Part shown: positions 11,549 to 21,980 of the stretch, one piece after another | How the letters are laid out: each line of letters opens with the position of its first letter | Position numbering within the stretch: the first letter of the stretch is position 1 | NCBI GenBank assembly: GCA_965217585.1 | Contig: OZ244561.1 | Span: forward strand, 544,001 to 608,000 | DNA from: Candidatus Latescibacterota bacterium | GTDB lineage: Bacteria > Latescibacterota > UBA2968 > UBA8231 | DNA length: 64,000 nucleotides | Direction of reading: 5' to 3' | Position numbers and translations under genes: made by a program | The notes under the pieces: generated by a model | Seen by the model: only the letters and a program-made list of their open reading frames with translations | Told to the model about the DNA's origin: nothing | Databases searched by the model: none

Positions 11549-13482
11549 GCCCCATCCTCGTCGCTCAAGTCGCGCACCGGTTCGCGGGCGAGAGACTCTC
11601 CGGCCAAGACTTGGTCGATCTCCGCGTCGTCGAGCACCTCGTACGCGAGGAGGGCGCGGGCCAAGGAGTGGAGCTTGTCCTCGTTTTCCCCGAGAATGCG
11701 CAGTGCGGTTTCCTCGGCCTCCACCACTAGCTTGCGGATCTCGCGATCAACGGTTTGGGAGGTCTCCTCGCTCAGGTGGGGGCTGCGGCCGAATTCCTTG
11801 CCGAGGAAGACCTCCTCGTCGCCGCTGCCCAACGAGAGGGGGCCGAGCTCTTCGTTCATACCCCAATCACAGACCATCGAACGGGCTAAGCGCGTCACTT
11901 GCTGGTAGTCGCCTTGGGCACCCGTCGAGCGCTCGGCAAAAACCAATTTCTCGGCTGCGCAACCGCCCAGCGCCGTGGCCAAGTGCGCCTTCAGCCGCGT
12001 CTCGGTTAGCGAACGCCGCTCGTCGGCCAAAAAGGAAACCATCCCCATAGCCTGCCCCCGTGGAATAATGGTCGCCTTGCCAATAGTCGGGCCGCCTTTG
12101 ATGCTCTTGGCGACCAAGGCGTGGCCCGCTTCGTGATAGGCCGAAAGCCGTTGATCCTCCTCGGTCAGGACCATGCTGCGGCGCTCGGCCCCGAGCATCA
12201 CCTTGTCTTTGGCCGCCTCAAAGTCGCCCATGTCAACGGTTTTGCGATCTCGCCGCGAGGCCAGCAAGGCCGCTTCGTTGACCAAGTTCTCCAAGTCAGC
12301 TCCGGAAAGCCCGGGCGTGCCCTGCGCCACCTTTTGCAAATCGACGTCCGGATTCAGCGGCACCTTGCGCACGTGGACCTTGAGGACGCCCTCCCGACCT
12401 CTGACATCGGGTAGGTCAACCACCACCCGGCGGTCGAAGCGACCGGGCCGCAAAAGCGCCGGGTCGAGTACGTCTGGGCGGTTGGTCGCGGCGATGAGAA
12501 TGACGCCGTCGTTGGACTCGAAACCGTCCATTTCTACTAGCAGCTGGTTGAGGGTCTGCTCGCGCTCGTCGTGGCCACCGCCAATGCCCGCGCCTCGGTG
12601 GCGGCCCACCGCATCGATCTCATCGACGAAGATTAAGCACGGGGCATTGGCCTTGCCCTGTTCAAAGAGGTCGCGCACGCGCGAAGCTCCGACGCCGACG
12701 AACATCTCGACGAAATCTGAGCCGCTAATCGAAAAGAAGGGCACGCCCGCTTCGCCGGCCACCGCGCGCGCCAAGTGCGTCTTGCCCGTACCCGGCGGCC
12801 CGACCATCAAGACGCCTTTGGGAATCCGCCCACCGAGGCGCTGGAACCGTTGCGGATCCTTGAGAAATTCAATGATCTCCTCCAGTTCTTTCTTGGCCTC
12901 GTCGGCCCCGGCCACGTCGGCAAAGGTTGTTTTGCGCTTGTCTTCCATCAGGAGCTTGGCCCGACTTTTGCCAAAGGAAAACAGCCCGCGTGCACCGCCC
13001 TGCATCTGCCGCAACATGAATACCCAAAAGGCGATAAACAGCAGCCACGGCAAAAAGCTGAAGAGGAAATTGTACCACCGGAAGGGTTCTTCCTCAAAGC
13101 GAAAATCGACCCCTTGTTCCTCCCACTCGCGCTTGGTCTCCGCGTCTATTGGACCCAAGTTGACCACAAAGCGGGTCCGGTCGTTCAAGACGCCTTCAAA
13201 CTCGCGCTCGCCGACGATGACCGCCTCGGCGATGCGGCCCTCCTCCAAGTATTGGCGGTATTCCTTGTAGGAAACGATCTGGGGGTCGGAGGGTTTGCTG
13301 CCAAAGAACTTGGCGGCGAAGATCATCACCAACACAAAGAAGAGCCAAAACGCCTGGGTCCGCGAAGGGCGGCGCCAGCGACGCGGCTTGTCTTCGCCGT
13401 CGGCCTGCTGACGATCCGACCCGCGGTCGTCCCTAAGGCGCGTGGGGCGCTCCTCTTGGGCCTGCTTTTTTCTTCCCTCCAT
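11545..13482 (-). CDS. ftsH: ATP-dependent zinc metalloprotease FtsH
   Basis: 2 TMs, [18 protein letters not shown] (LLRPGRFDR), HEAGH. Confidence 0.98.
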   Translation of the reverse strand: MEGRKKQAQEERPTRLRDDRGSDRQQADGEDKPRRWRRPSRTQAFWLFFVLVMIFAAKFFGSKPSDPQIVSYKEYRQYLEEGRIAEAVIVGEREFEGVLNDRTRFVVNLGPIDAETKREWEEQGVDFRFEEEPFRWYNFLFSFLPWLLFIAFWVFMLRQMQGGARGLFSFGKSRAKLLMEDKRKTTFADVAGADEAKKELEEIIEFLKDPQRFQRLGGRIPKGVLMVGPPGTGKTHLARAVAGEAGVPFFSISGSDFVEMFVGVGASRVRDLFEQGKANAPCLIFVDEIDAVGRHRGAGIGGGHDEREQTLNQLLVEMDGFESNDGVILIAATNRPDVLDPALLRPGRFDRRVVVDLPDVRGREGVLKVHVRKVPLNPDVDLQKVAQGTPGLSGADLENLVNEAALLASRRDRKTVDMGDFEAAKDKVMLGAERRSMVLTEEDQRLSAYHEAGHALVAKSIKGGPTIGKATIIPRGQAMGMVSFLADERRSLTETRLKAHLATALGGCAAEKLVFAERSTGAQGDYQQVTRLARSMVCDWGMNEELGPLSLGSGDEEVFLGKEFGRSPHLSEETSQTVDREIRKLVVEAEETALRILGENEDKLHSLARALLAYEVLDDAEIDQVLAGESLAREPVRDLSDEDGA

Positions 13483-13497
13483 GACAGATGCTCTATA

Positions 13498-14886
13498 TCA
13501 ATCGCCGTCCCAGCGCCTCAGCGTACACAAGGCGATGCGGCTCGTAGTGGATTTTATTCTGAAGGCATGACTAGAACGCAGGGGCGCGACCCAAGCTATT
13601 TCCTCTCCCCGAGTCAGCACCAGCACTTCGTCGCGCGAGATTTTCGGCCACTTGGAGTCGATGAGAAAGTCGCTCAGTTTTTTGTGCCCTTCCATGCCCA
13701 GCGGCTGGAAGCGATCGCCTAGCCGCTGGCTGCGCACTTGCACCCTCGCGCCGAGGCGATCCGCATCTAAAGCCACCTGCGCGCCTCCTAACTGGGCCTT
13801 GTCGAAGTGCTCCGGGGAGACGACTTGGACGCGGATTTCCACGCCGTGCTCTCTTAGCACCATCGCGCCGGGTATGTCGAAGCAGCGCGCGACCAGCGGC
13901 CGCCGGTCGCGGCGCAGGATATAGCGCGTGCCACAGCCCTGCCCCCTCAGCCCAGCACCCAACACCCGCAGGCGCTTGTCGTCAGCCCCAATCCAGTCCC
14001 GCACTTGCTCGACGCGGGCAAAATCAAAAGGGCCATCTGCGGCGGCGAGGCCCTGGAGCACGGCGCGCAACACGCGCCTTTGTACGGCTATATGATAAGT
14101 GAGAAGCCTAGTACTATCAAGGGCCACCTTGTCGTTGCAACGCTCACAAATCACTGTATCTAAAGCCTCTTGGGTCAGATCGGCGAGTAGGTCGTCCTCG
14201 GCTTTGAGAAGCGCGGCGGTGCGATTTAGGACCTCGGCGATGTTAGAATTATAGCTCTTGAGCAAGGGCATTAGTTCCCCGCGCACCCGATTGCGCAAAA
14301 AGCGCGGGTCGCGGTTGGAAGGATCTTCTCGGTAGCACAAGCCCCGCTGGCGCGCGTATCTTTCGATCTCAGCGCGCCGCACGCGCAGCAGCGGCCGCAG
14401 ATAGCGGCCCTCGCGCGCAATCTCCATCCCCCCTAAGCCGGTGGCACCGCTGCCGCGCAATAGGCGCATGATCACGGTCTCGGCTTGGTCGTCGGCGTGG
14501 TGCCCCAAGGCGATGAATTCGGCTCCGACCCGGCTGGCGACTTGGTCGAGAAAGGCGTAGCGCTGCCGCCGACCCGCTTCCTCCAGCGACAGGCCCTCGG
14601 TTCGGGCGTAAGCCCCTACATCGCGCCGCTCGATCGAGCATGGCAGCCCGCGCCGCTTTGCCTCGTCGGCGACAAAGCGGCTGTCGGCCGCCGAATTCGG
14701 CCGCAGCGCGTGGTCCAAGTGCGCCACGTGCAACCGGTACCCTAAGCCATCCAAGACATCGAGTAGTACGGTTGAATCGACGCCGCCCGACGCGGCGACG
14801 ACTACACTAGCACCGGCCTGCAACCCTGCCTCCTGTAACACCTGCCGCACACTGGCGACTATGGCTTCCATGGCCGTCGTTCCCAT
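13498..14886 (-). CDS. tilS: tRNA(Ile)-lysidine synthase
   Basis: SGGVDS PP-loop, HHADDQAET, EDPSN...RNRVR, TilS-C domain. Confidence 0.96.
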   Translation of the reverse strand: MGTTAMEAIVASVRQVLQEAGLQAGASVVVAASGGVDSTVLLDVLDGLGYRLHVAHLDHALRPNSAADSRFVADEAKRRGLPCSIERRDVGAYARTEGLSLEEAGRRQRYAFLDQVASRVGAEFIALGHHADDQAETVIMRLLRGSGATGLGGMEIAREGRYLRPLLRVRRAEIERYARQRGLCYREDPSNRDPRFLRNRVRGELMPLLKSYNSNIAEVLNRTAALLKAEDDLLADLTQEALDTVICERCNDKVALDSTRLLTYHIAVQRRVLRAVLQGLAAADGPFDFARVEQVRDWIGADDKRLRVLGAGLRGQGCGTRYILRRDRRPLVARCFDIPGAMVLREHGVEIRVQVVSPEHFDKAQLGGAQVALDADRLGARVQVRSQRLGDRFQPLGMEGHKKLSDFLIDSKWPKISRDEVLVLTRGEEIAWVAPLRSSHAFRIKSTTSRIALCTLRRWDGD

Positions 14887-14952
14887 CGCGCGAAACAGAA
14901 AATTTCCCCGAGTGAGTAATAGGAGAGGGCAAATTAGACGAATAGATGCCCC

Positions 14953-14994
14953 TTGACAAATGAACTAATGTGCAGTATATATAAGTTCAGGTTC
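14953..14994 (+). promoter_or_regulatory. lexA promoter with candidate LexA box TGAAC-TAAT-GTGCA
   Basis: TTGACA (14953-58), 17 bp, TATATA (14976-81); box at 14961-14974 lies between the -35 and -10. Confidence 0.65.
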
Positions 14995-15029
14995 GCTGTT
15001 CATCTTTCCTCCCCAATGGAGGTACACTC

Positions 15030-15656
15030 ATGCCCAAACCCCTAACCGAGCGCCAACAGGCAATTTACGACTTCATCGCCCATGCAATTCGCTCCGGGGG
15101 TCCCCCCACTATCCGCGAGATCATGGATGTCTTTGACATCAACTCCACCAATGGCGTGCGCACTACCTTGGAGACTTTAGAGAAAAAAGGCTACATCCGC
15201 CGCCGGGCGCGCCGCTCCCGGGGCATAGAGCTCGTCGATTTCGTCAGGCCCGCCTCCCTTTCCGCCGACTTGCGCGAAGTGCCCCTCGTTGGCCGGGTCG
15301 CCGCGGGCACCCCCATCCTCGCCGAAGAAAACATCGAGAACACGCTCAATGTCGATACATCGCTCGTCCCCGCTTCGGGCGATGTCTTCGCGCTGCGCAT
15401 CCACGGCGAGAGCATGTGCAACGCCGGGATTCTCGACGGCGACATCGTCATCGTCCACCAGAAAGACCGCGCCGAGCGCGGCGATATCGTCGTCGCGCTA
15501 CTCGGCGACGAGGCCACGGTCAAGCGCTATGCTCCCGACCCCGACGGCATCCGGCTCCTGCCCGAAAACGAGGCGTTCGACCCCATCGTCGTCCCGCCCG
15601 ACGCCGACGGGTTCAGCATCGCCGGCAAAGTAGTAGGCCTCATGCGCCGCTTCTAG
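15030..15656 (+). CDS. lexA: SOS repressor LexA
   Basis: PPTIREI HTH, VAAG cleavage site, GESM catalytic Ser, TVKR catalytic Lys. Confidence 0.97.
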   Translation: MPKPLTERQQAIYDFIAHAIRSGGPPTIREIMDVFDINSTNGVRTTLETLEKKGYIRRRARRSRGIELVDFVRPASLSADLREVPLVGRVAAGTPILAEENIENTLNVDTSLVPASGDVFALRIHGESMCNAGILDGDIVIVHQKDRAERGDIVVALLGDEATVKRYAPDPDGIRLLPENEAFDPIVVPPDADGFSIAGKVVGLMRRF

Positions 15657-15667
15657 GGTGCGCTTAG

Positions 15668-16996
15668 GTGGATGCTGCTTTGCGGCGCGCTCATGCGCGC
15701 GCCATTTTTGACGCCGGGGTCGCGGCCGCCGATCCCAGCCGTTGCGTCCACCAAGCCCTCGCGGTCGCAGACGATGAGTTGCGCTGTGGCCCGCTCCGCT
15801 TCCCCCTCGATACCATTTCCAGCCTGCGCCTAGTCGGCGCCGGCAAGGCCACCGCGGCCATGGCCGCGACCGCTGAAGCAATCCTCGGCGACCGCATTGA
15901 GTGCGGAGCCATCAGCACCAAGTACGGCCACGCGCTGCCGTTAGCGCGGGTCGAGACCTTTGAAGCCGGGCACCCGGTCCCGGACGAAGCCGGCGTGGCC
16001 GGCGCGTGCCGCCAGCTTGCGCTGCTAGCGGACTTGGATCCCGACGCGCTGGTCCTCGGCCTCTTCTCCGGCGGCGGCTCTGCCCTGCTGCCCGCCCCAG
16101 CCGAGGGCCTGACCCTCGCAGAAAAGCAAGAAACCACCCGCCTCCTGCTCGCCTGCGGCGCGACCATCGACGAAATCAACGCCCTGCGCAAACACCTCTC
16201 GGCCATCAAGGGCGGCCTGCTCGCCCGCGCGGCCGCGCCTGCCCGCGTCGTCGCCCTCATGCTCTCGGACGTCATCGGCGATCCCCTCGACACCATTGCC
16301 TCCGGTCCGACCCACCCAGACTCTACGACCTTTGGCGATTGCTTAGCAATCGTCGATCGCTATGACCTGCGCCACGAGCTTCCCTCCCCAGTCCGTCAGC
16401 ACCTCGAAGCCGGTGCCCGAGGGGAGCGGCCGGAAACCCCAAAACTCGGCGATCCCTGTTTTGCCCGCGCCGAGAGTTTGGTCATTGGCAACAGCCGCTT
16501 GGCCATTGACGCGGCCGCGCACAAAGCCAGCGCGCTCGGCTACGAGGTGCTCGTCCTCACCAGCCGCTTGCAGGGCGAGGCGCGCCAAGCCGCTGCCGCA
16601 TTGGTCTCTATCGCCCAAGAGACCGCCGAAGCCAACCGTCCCATCGCGCGGCCCGCCTGTCTCATCGCCGGCGGCGAGACGACCGTCACCTTGCGCAACA
16701 ACGGCAAGGGCGGGCGCAACCAAGAATTGGCCTTGGCCGCGGCCTTGCAACTCGACGGTTGGCCCGCCATCACCTTGCTCTCCGGCGGCACCGACGGCAC
16801 CGACGGCCCCACCGATGCCGCCGGTGCCCTAGCCGACGGCCAGACCTTGAGCCGCGCCTTTGCCCAAGGTCTCGACGCCCGCGCCTTTCTCGATCGCCAC
16901 GACTCCTATCCCTTCTTCGCGGCGTTGAACGACCTCGTCATCACGGGTCCTACGGGTACCAACGTCATGGATCTGCAAATCGTCCTCATAGCCTGA
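15668..16996 (+). CDS. Glycerate 2-kinase (MOFRL family)
   Basis: GAGKA, SGGGSAL, SDVIGD...IASGPT, GGETTV, GGRNQE, GTDGTDG, GPTGTNVMD. Confidence 0.92.
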   Translation: MDAALRRAHARAIFDAGVAAADPSRCVHQALAVADDELRCGPLRFPLDTISSLRLVGAGKATAAMAATAEAILGDRIECGAISTKYGHALPLARVETFEAGHPVPDEAGVAGACRQLALLADLDPDALVLGLFSGGGSALLPAPAEGLTLAEKQETTRLLLACGATIDEINALRKHLSAIKGGLLARAAAPARVVALMLSDVIGDPLDTIASGPTHPDSTTFGDCLAIVDRYDLRHELPSPVRQHLEAGARGERPETPKLGDPCFARAESLVIGNSRLAIDAAAHKASALGYEVLVLTSRLQGEARQAAAALVSIAQETAEANRPIARPACLIAGGETTVTLRNNGKGGRNQELALAAALQLDGWPAITLLSGGTDGTDGPTDAAGALADGQTLSRAFAQGLDARAFLDRHDSYPFFAALNDLVITGPTGTNVMDLQIVLIA

Positions 16997-17075
16997 AGAT
17001 CGCCCACCCTTGCGGGAGATGATGCAATAAGCCGATTTGACACTCGGCCACCCTTCCGCTAGCTTTTTACAACCC

Positions 17076-18008
17076 ATGCCCAAGAGTCTTCTTCCGCTTG
17101 TATTAGCCCTGTTGCTGACCGGGGCTGCACACGCTGCCTCCCGCTACGCCGGCGAGTTCCTCGGCTTGGGCGCAGGTGCCCGCTCTGCGGCCTTGGGCAG
17201 TGCCTATGTGGCCCTCGCGGACGACGCCACCGCGGGCTATTGGAATGCAGCCGGCCTATCCGCCCTCAGCGGTCGCCAAGTTCATCTGACACATGCCGAG
17301 CACTTCTCCGGCCTCATCCAGCGCGATTTTATCGCCGTCGCTCGGCCGGGTCGTCTTTTGCACGGTATGGCTCTGAGCTTGGTACGCATGGGCATTGACG
17401 GCATCCACTTTACCGAACTGCCGGATCCCCTCCAGCCTCCAAGCACCGACAACCGTCCTCTAATCGCCTCGACCGAACAAAGCGCAGATTACGCCCTGTA
17501 TCTGTCGGGCAGTCGCCGGCTCGGTACGCGCCTATCCCTCGGGCTAAGCGCCAAGGCCATTTACCGCCAAGTCGCCTCCATCAACGCCTACGGCTTCGGC
17601 CTCGACCTAGGCATGCGCTACCAATTGAGCCACCAGATCGCGCTGGCGGCTAACGTGCGCGACATTACCACCACGCCTATCGTCTGGAATACGGACAGCA
17701 CCGACCGCATCCAGCCCGCACTGCTGTTGGGCGTAGCGTACGCCATACCCATCGCCGGGGGCCAGACCACCGCCCTCTTAGCCACCCGCTCCGGCGGCGA
17801 CGCCTCCGCTACGACCGACGACGTCCCGCTCAACGCCGGCATAGAATACCGTCATCGCTACATCGCCTTGCGGGCCGGCTTGGAGGAGGGCCGCCAGTCC
17901 TTGGGGCTGGGACTCAAGCCCCACCGCAACCTCGACCTCGACCTCGCCTATTTGCAGCACGATGCACTCGAAGCAACCTACCAGTTGTCCGTCGGCTTCC
18001 GCTTCTGA
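17076..18008 (+). CDS. PorV/UPF0164-family outer-membrane beta-barrel
   Basis: Signal peptide; FLGLGAGARSAALGSAYVALADDATAGYWNAAGL N-terminal motif; ends in GFRF. Confidence 0.8.
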   Translation: MPKSLLPLVLALLLTGAAHAASRYAGEFLGLGAGARSAALGSAYVALADDATAGYWNAAGLSALSGRQVHLTHAEHFSGLIQRDFIAVARPGRLLHGMALSLVRMGIDGIHFTELPDPLQPPSTDNRPLIASTEQSADYALYLSGSRRLGTRLSLGLSAKAIYRQVASINAYGFGLDLGMRYQLSHQIALAANVRDITTTPIVWNTDSTDRIQPALLLGVAYAIPIAGGQTTALLATRSGGDASATTDDVPLNAGIEYRHRYIALRAGLEEGRQSLGLGLKPHRNLDLDLAYLQHDALEATYQLSVGFRF

Positions 18009-18888
18009 GCAACCCCGCGTCGGCTACGTAGCCCTGGCCGGTCGCCCCAATGCGGGTAAATCCACCCTTTTCAACGCCTTCTTGGGCCAGCGGCTCTCCA
18101 TCGTCACCGCCAAACCGCAGACGACGCGCAGCCGCATCCTCGGCATCCTCACCCGGCCGCAGAGCCAGATAATTTTCTTGGATACGCCGGGCCTGCTCGA
18201 CGCCTCCTACAAGCTGCACGAGGCCATGGCGCACCAGATCGACCAAGCCGCCCGCCAAGCCGACCTAGTCTTGCTGCTGTTCGACGCTTCCCACCCCAAA
18301 GACCGCAGTGCGCTGGTCAAGCACTTCTTAGAGCGCGCGCGGGTACCAGTCTTGGCCGTGCTCAACAAGATTGACCTAGTACAACCCTCCCAGCTAGACG
18401 GCCTGCAAAAAAGCCTCGCCGACGAGTTCGGCATCGCCAGCCCGCTCCCGGTTTCCGCCCTGCGCGGCGACGGACTCGGCAAATTGCTGTCGCGCCTAGA
18501 AGCCCAACTACCCTGCGGCCCCAAGCTCTACCCAGACGATATGGTGGCCGAACAGCCCGAACGGTTTTTTGCCGCCGAGCGCATCCGCGAGGTAGCTTTT
18601 GAGCACCTTGAGGACGAGCTGCCCTACGCCATCAACATCCACATCGAGGAATTCCGCGAGCGCCCAGGCCACAAGACCTACATTCGCGCGATTATCTACG
18701 TCGGGCGAGAGAGCCAAAAGGGCATCGTCATCGGCAAGAAGGGTATGCGCCTGCGATCCATCGGACGCCAAGCCCGCGCTGCCTTAGAGGAACTACTCGA
18801 CGCGCCCGTCTATATAGAGCTGTGGGTAAAAGTCCGCTCAGACTGGCGCGACAAAGAGCGCGATTTGCGAGAATTTGGTTATCTCTGA
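17962..18888 (+). CDS. era: GTPase Era
   Basis: GRPNAGKST, PQTTR, DTPG, NKID, KH domain (SQKGIVIGKKG); start uncertain. Confidence 0.96.
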   Translation: MHSKQPTSCPSASASEQPRVGYVALAGRPNAGKSTLFNAFLGQRLSIVTAKPQTTRSRILGILTRPQSQIIFLDTPGLLDASYKLHEAMAHQIDQAARQADLVLLLFDASHPKDRSALVKHFLERARVPVLAVLNKIDLVQPSQLDGLQKSLADEFGIASPLPVSALRGDGLGKLLSRLEAQLPCGPKLYPDDMVAEQPERFFAAERIREVAFEHLEDELPYAINIHIEEFRERPGHKTYIRAIIYVGRESQKGIVIGKKGMRLRSIGRQARAALEELLDAPVYIELWVKVRSDWRDKERDLREFGYL

Positions 18889-18907
18889 GTCTCAGAAAGG
18901 AGCAGCC

Positions 18908-20215
18908 ATGAACGTCCTAGTCGTCGGCAAAGGGGGGCGCGAACACGCCCTCGTGTGGAAGCTGGCGCAGAGTCAGCGCATCGACAAACTCTACGTCGCC
19001 CCCGGCAATCCCGGCATGGCTGCCCTCGCTGAATGCGTCGATATCCGCGTCGATACCCCCGTGGCCGAGCGCGAAAAACTCGCTGGCGAAATCGAGCGCC
19101 TAGTCGCCTTTGCCCATGAACAGCAAATCGGGCTGACCGTCGTCGGCCCAGACGACGCGCTCGCCGGCGGCATCGTCGATCGCTTCCGCGCCAGCGGCCT
19201 GGCGATCTTCGGCCCCACTGAAGCCGCGGCCCGCATCGAAAGCAGCAAGGTCTTCGCCAAAGAGCTAATGGAACGCGTCGGCGTCCCCACCGCCCGGCAC
19301 CAGAGCTTCACCGACAGCCAAGCCGCCAGCGCCTATATCCGCGCCCAGGGTGCCCCGATCGTAGTCAAGGCCAGCGGCCTAGCCGCTGGCAAGGGCGCGG
19401 TCGTCTGTCAGAGTGTAGATCAAGCCCTCGCAGCAGCGCACGAAATGCTCGACGAAGACATCTTAGGCGGGGCCGGCCGACAGATCGTCGTCGAGGAATA
19501 CATGGCCGGCGAGGAAGCCTCGCTCTTTGCAATCTGCGACGGCGAGCACTTTATCACCCTGACACCGGCTCAAGACCACAAACCCATCTACGACGGCGAC
19601 CAAGGCCCCAATACCGGCGGCATGGGGGCCTACGCTCCGGCACCCGTGATGACGCCCGCCCTAGTGCGCGAAGCCGAGGAGCGCGTCATCCGGCCCGTGC
19701 TCGACGAAATGCGCCGGCTGGGCACCCCGTACCAAGGAGTGCTTTACTGCGGGCTGATGTGTACCGACGCCGGCGTTAAAGTGGTAGAGTTCAACGCCCG
19801 CTTCGGCGACCCCGAATGCCAAATTCTCATGCCCCTGCTCAAAACCGACCTCGTCGATTTGCTCACTGCCGCCTGCGACGGCCGCTTAGACCAAGTGCAA
19901 GTCGAATGCACGCCTGGGGCGGCCGTCTGCGTGGTTATGGCCTCGGGAGGCTATCCGCAAGCTTATGAGAAGGGCCTTGAGATCCGCGGCTTGGAGGCGT
20001 TTCCCGACCGCGACGACATCCTCGTCTTTCACGCCGGTACAGCCCAGCGAGACGGTCGCCTCATTACGGATGGTGGCCGGGTGCTCGGCGTGACGGCCAC
20101 GGACGCCGATCTCCAAGCCGCCGTCGCCAAAGCCTACTCGGCGGTCGATCAGATCGCCTTCGACAACGCCTATTGCCGCCGCGACATCGCCTATCGGGCG
20201 TTGGGCCAAGCCTGA
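18908..20215 (+). CDS. purD: Phosphoribosylamine-glycine ligase
   Basis: GGREHAL, GLAAGKG, GPNTGGMGAY, EFNARFGDPE. Confidence 0.98.
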   Translation: MNVLVVGKGGREHALVWKLAQSQRIDKLYVAPGNPGMAALAECVDIRVDTPVAEREKLAGEIERLVAFAHEQQIGLTVVGPDDALAGGIVDRFRASGLAIFGPTEAAARIESSKVFAKELMERVGVPTARHQSFTDSQAASAYIRAQGAPIVVKASGLAAGKGAVVCQSVDQALAAAHEMLDEDILGGAGRQIVVEEYMAGEEASLFAICDGEHFITLTPAQDHKPIYDGDQGPNTGGMGAYAPAPVMTPALVREAEERVIRPVLDEMRRLGTPYQGVLYCGLMCTDAGVKVVEFNARFGDPECQILMPLLKTDLVDLLTAACDGRLDQVQVECTPGAAVCVVMASGGYPQAYEKGLEIRGLEAFPDRDDILVFHAGTAQRDGRLITDGGRVLGVTATDADLQAAVAKAYSAVDQIAFDNAYCRRDIAYRALGQA

Positions 20216-20224
20216 GCTTTTGCC

Positions 20225-20590
20225 ATGCCCAGCGACGCGCTCCGCCTGCGCAACATGCGCTTTTTTGCCTACCACGGACTTTTCCCCGAAGAGACCGCAC
20301 TCGGCCAGCACTACGAAGTCGATGTCGAACTCTACGGCGATTTTCGCCAAGCAGGGCGCAGCGACGACATTGACGCAGCGATCAACTATCCAGAGGTGTA
20401 CGCGCTGGTGGCCGATGTAGTCACCGGCAAACCCTGCAAATTGGTCGAAGCTCTCGCCGAGCGCATCGCCGAGAAGGTGGGCACCCACTGCGCTCCGGTC
20501 GAACTCGTCGTCCGCGTGCGTAAACCCAACCCCCCAGTCGCCGCGCACTTCGACGGCATCGAAGTCGAAATACGCCGTTCCTATGCCTGA
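20225..20590 (+). CDS. folB: Dihydroneopterin aldolase
   Basis: FAYHG..PEE..LGQ, INY, LVEALAE, VRKP. Confidence 0.95.
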   Translation: MPSDALRLRNMRFFAYHGLFPEETALGQHYEVDVELYGDFRQAGRSDDIDAAINYPEVYALVADVVTGKPCKLVEALAERIAEKVGTHCAPVELVVRVRKPNPPVAAHFDGIEVEIRRSYA

Positions 20591-21095
20591 GCGAGCCTAT
20601 ATCGCCATCGGCAGCAACCTCGGCGACCGCCGCGCGTACCTCGAAGCTGGGATCAAAGAAGTCGCCGCACTCCCCAACACGCGCCTTGCGGCGGTCTCCC
20701 TCGCCTACGAAACCCGGCCGCTGGGGCCGGTCGCGCAACCGGATTTCCTCAACGCCGTCTTTGCCATAGAAACTTCGCTCGCCCCCGAGCCGCTGTTAGC
20801 CGCCCTGCTCGCCGCAGAAAAAAAACACCAGCGGCAACGCCATATTCACTGGGGGCCGCGCACCCTTGATCTCGACCTGCTCCTCTATGGCGAGCGCGTC
20901 GTCGAAAACGCGGATCTGACCCTGCCGCATCCGCGCATGAACGAGCGGCGCTTTGTGCTAGTGCCCCTCTGCGAAATCGCCCCCGACCTGCACCATCCCA
21001 TCACCGGCCTACCTTTTGCCAACCACCTCGCCGCGCTCGCTGATGTCGGGGACGCCCGCGCCGTCGGCCCTCTCATCCTCCCCGCCACCGCATGA
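20583..21095 (+). CDS. folK: HPPK
   Basis: IAIGSNLGD, WGPRTLDLDLL, LPHPRM.ERRFV. Confidence 0.96.
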   Translation: MPERAYIAIGSNLGDRRAYLEAGIKEVAALPNTRLAAVSLAYETRPLGPVAQPDFLNAVFAIETSLAPEPLLAALLAAEKKHQRQRHIHWGPRTLDLDLLLYGERVVENADLTLPHPRMNERRFVLVPLCEIAPDLHHPITGLPFANHLAALADVGDARAVGPLILPATA

Positions 21096-21946
21096 AACGC
21101 ATACACCCAGTCGCGGAAATGCAGGCTCAGTCCGACGCTTGGCGCGGCGCGGGCCTGTGCATCGGGCTGGTGCCGACGATGGGTTTTTTGCACGAGGGAC
21201 ACCTCAGCTTGGTCGATCACAGCCTCGAAGCCGCGGACCGCACGGTCGTCAGCATCTTCGTCAACCCGCTGCAATTCGGGCCGAAAGAAGACTTCGCCAT
21301 CTATCCGCGCGACATGGAGCGCGACCTCGACCTGCTGTCCCGCCGGGGAGTCGATGCGGTCTTCCAACCGGGAACGGTGGAATTCTATCCCCCCGATTTC
21401 TCGACCTTTGTCGAAGTCGAAGAGCTAACCAAGGGCCTGTGCGGCCCCTTCCGCCCCGGGCACTTCCGCGGCGTCACCACCGTAGTGACCAAGCTATTCA
21501 CCGCCGTCAAACCACACCTAGCAGTCTTCGGCCAGAAAGACTACCAGCAGACGGCCGTCATTCGTCGGTTGGTGCGCGATTTGAACTTGGACTTGCGCGT
21601 TGAGGTCGCCCCTACCGTGCGCGAAGCAGACGGCTTAGCCATGAGTTCGCGCAACATCCTCCTCAGCGCAGAAGAACGACAGCGTGCATCAGCCCTCTAC
21701 AAAGCGCTCACAATGGGCCGAGAACGGATCGAACAGGGCGAGCGCGACGCCAGCCAAATCATAGCCGAGATGCGGGCGCACATCGAGCGCACACTCGACG
21801 CGTCCATTGACTACATTTCTATCGCGCACCCGGACACGCTCGAAGAAATAGCCCATATCACCGGCCCGATCGTCATCGCCCTCGCCGTGCGCCTGTCCAA
21901 CGTCCGGCTGATTGACAACATTATCGCCGCACCGCTCGGCTACTAG
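21092..21946 (+). CDS. panC: Pantoate-beta-alanine ligase
   Basis: PTMGFLHEGH, FVNPLQF, RPGHF, FGQKDYQQ, GLAMSSRN. Confidence 0.97.
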   Translation: MKRIHPVAEMQAQSDAWRGAGLCIGLVPTMGFLHEGHLSLVDHSLEAADRTVVSIFVNPLQFGPKEDFAIYPRDMERDLDLLSRRGVDAVFQPGTVEFYPPDFSTFVEVEELTKGLCGPFRPGHFRGVTTVVTKLFTAVKPHLAVFGQKDYQQTAVIRRLVRDLNLDLRVEVAPTVREADGLAMSSRNILLSAEERQRASALYKALTMGRERIEQGERDASQIIAEMRAHIERTLDASIDYISIAHPDTLEEIAHITGPIVIALAVRLSNVRLIDNIIAAPLGY

Positions 21947-21980
21947 ATAGCCGACTCTTAGTAAAGGAGAACAAAACGCA

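Noticed and set aside
12173-13270. Long antisense or alternate-frame ORFs (e.g. 365 aa opposite ftsH, 663-1532, 40754-41680, 46431-47339)
   Set aside because: Shadow ORFs expected at high GC; they overlap well-supported genes and lack motifs.
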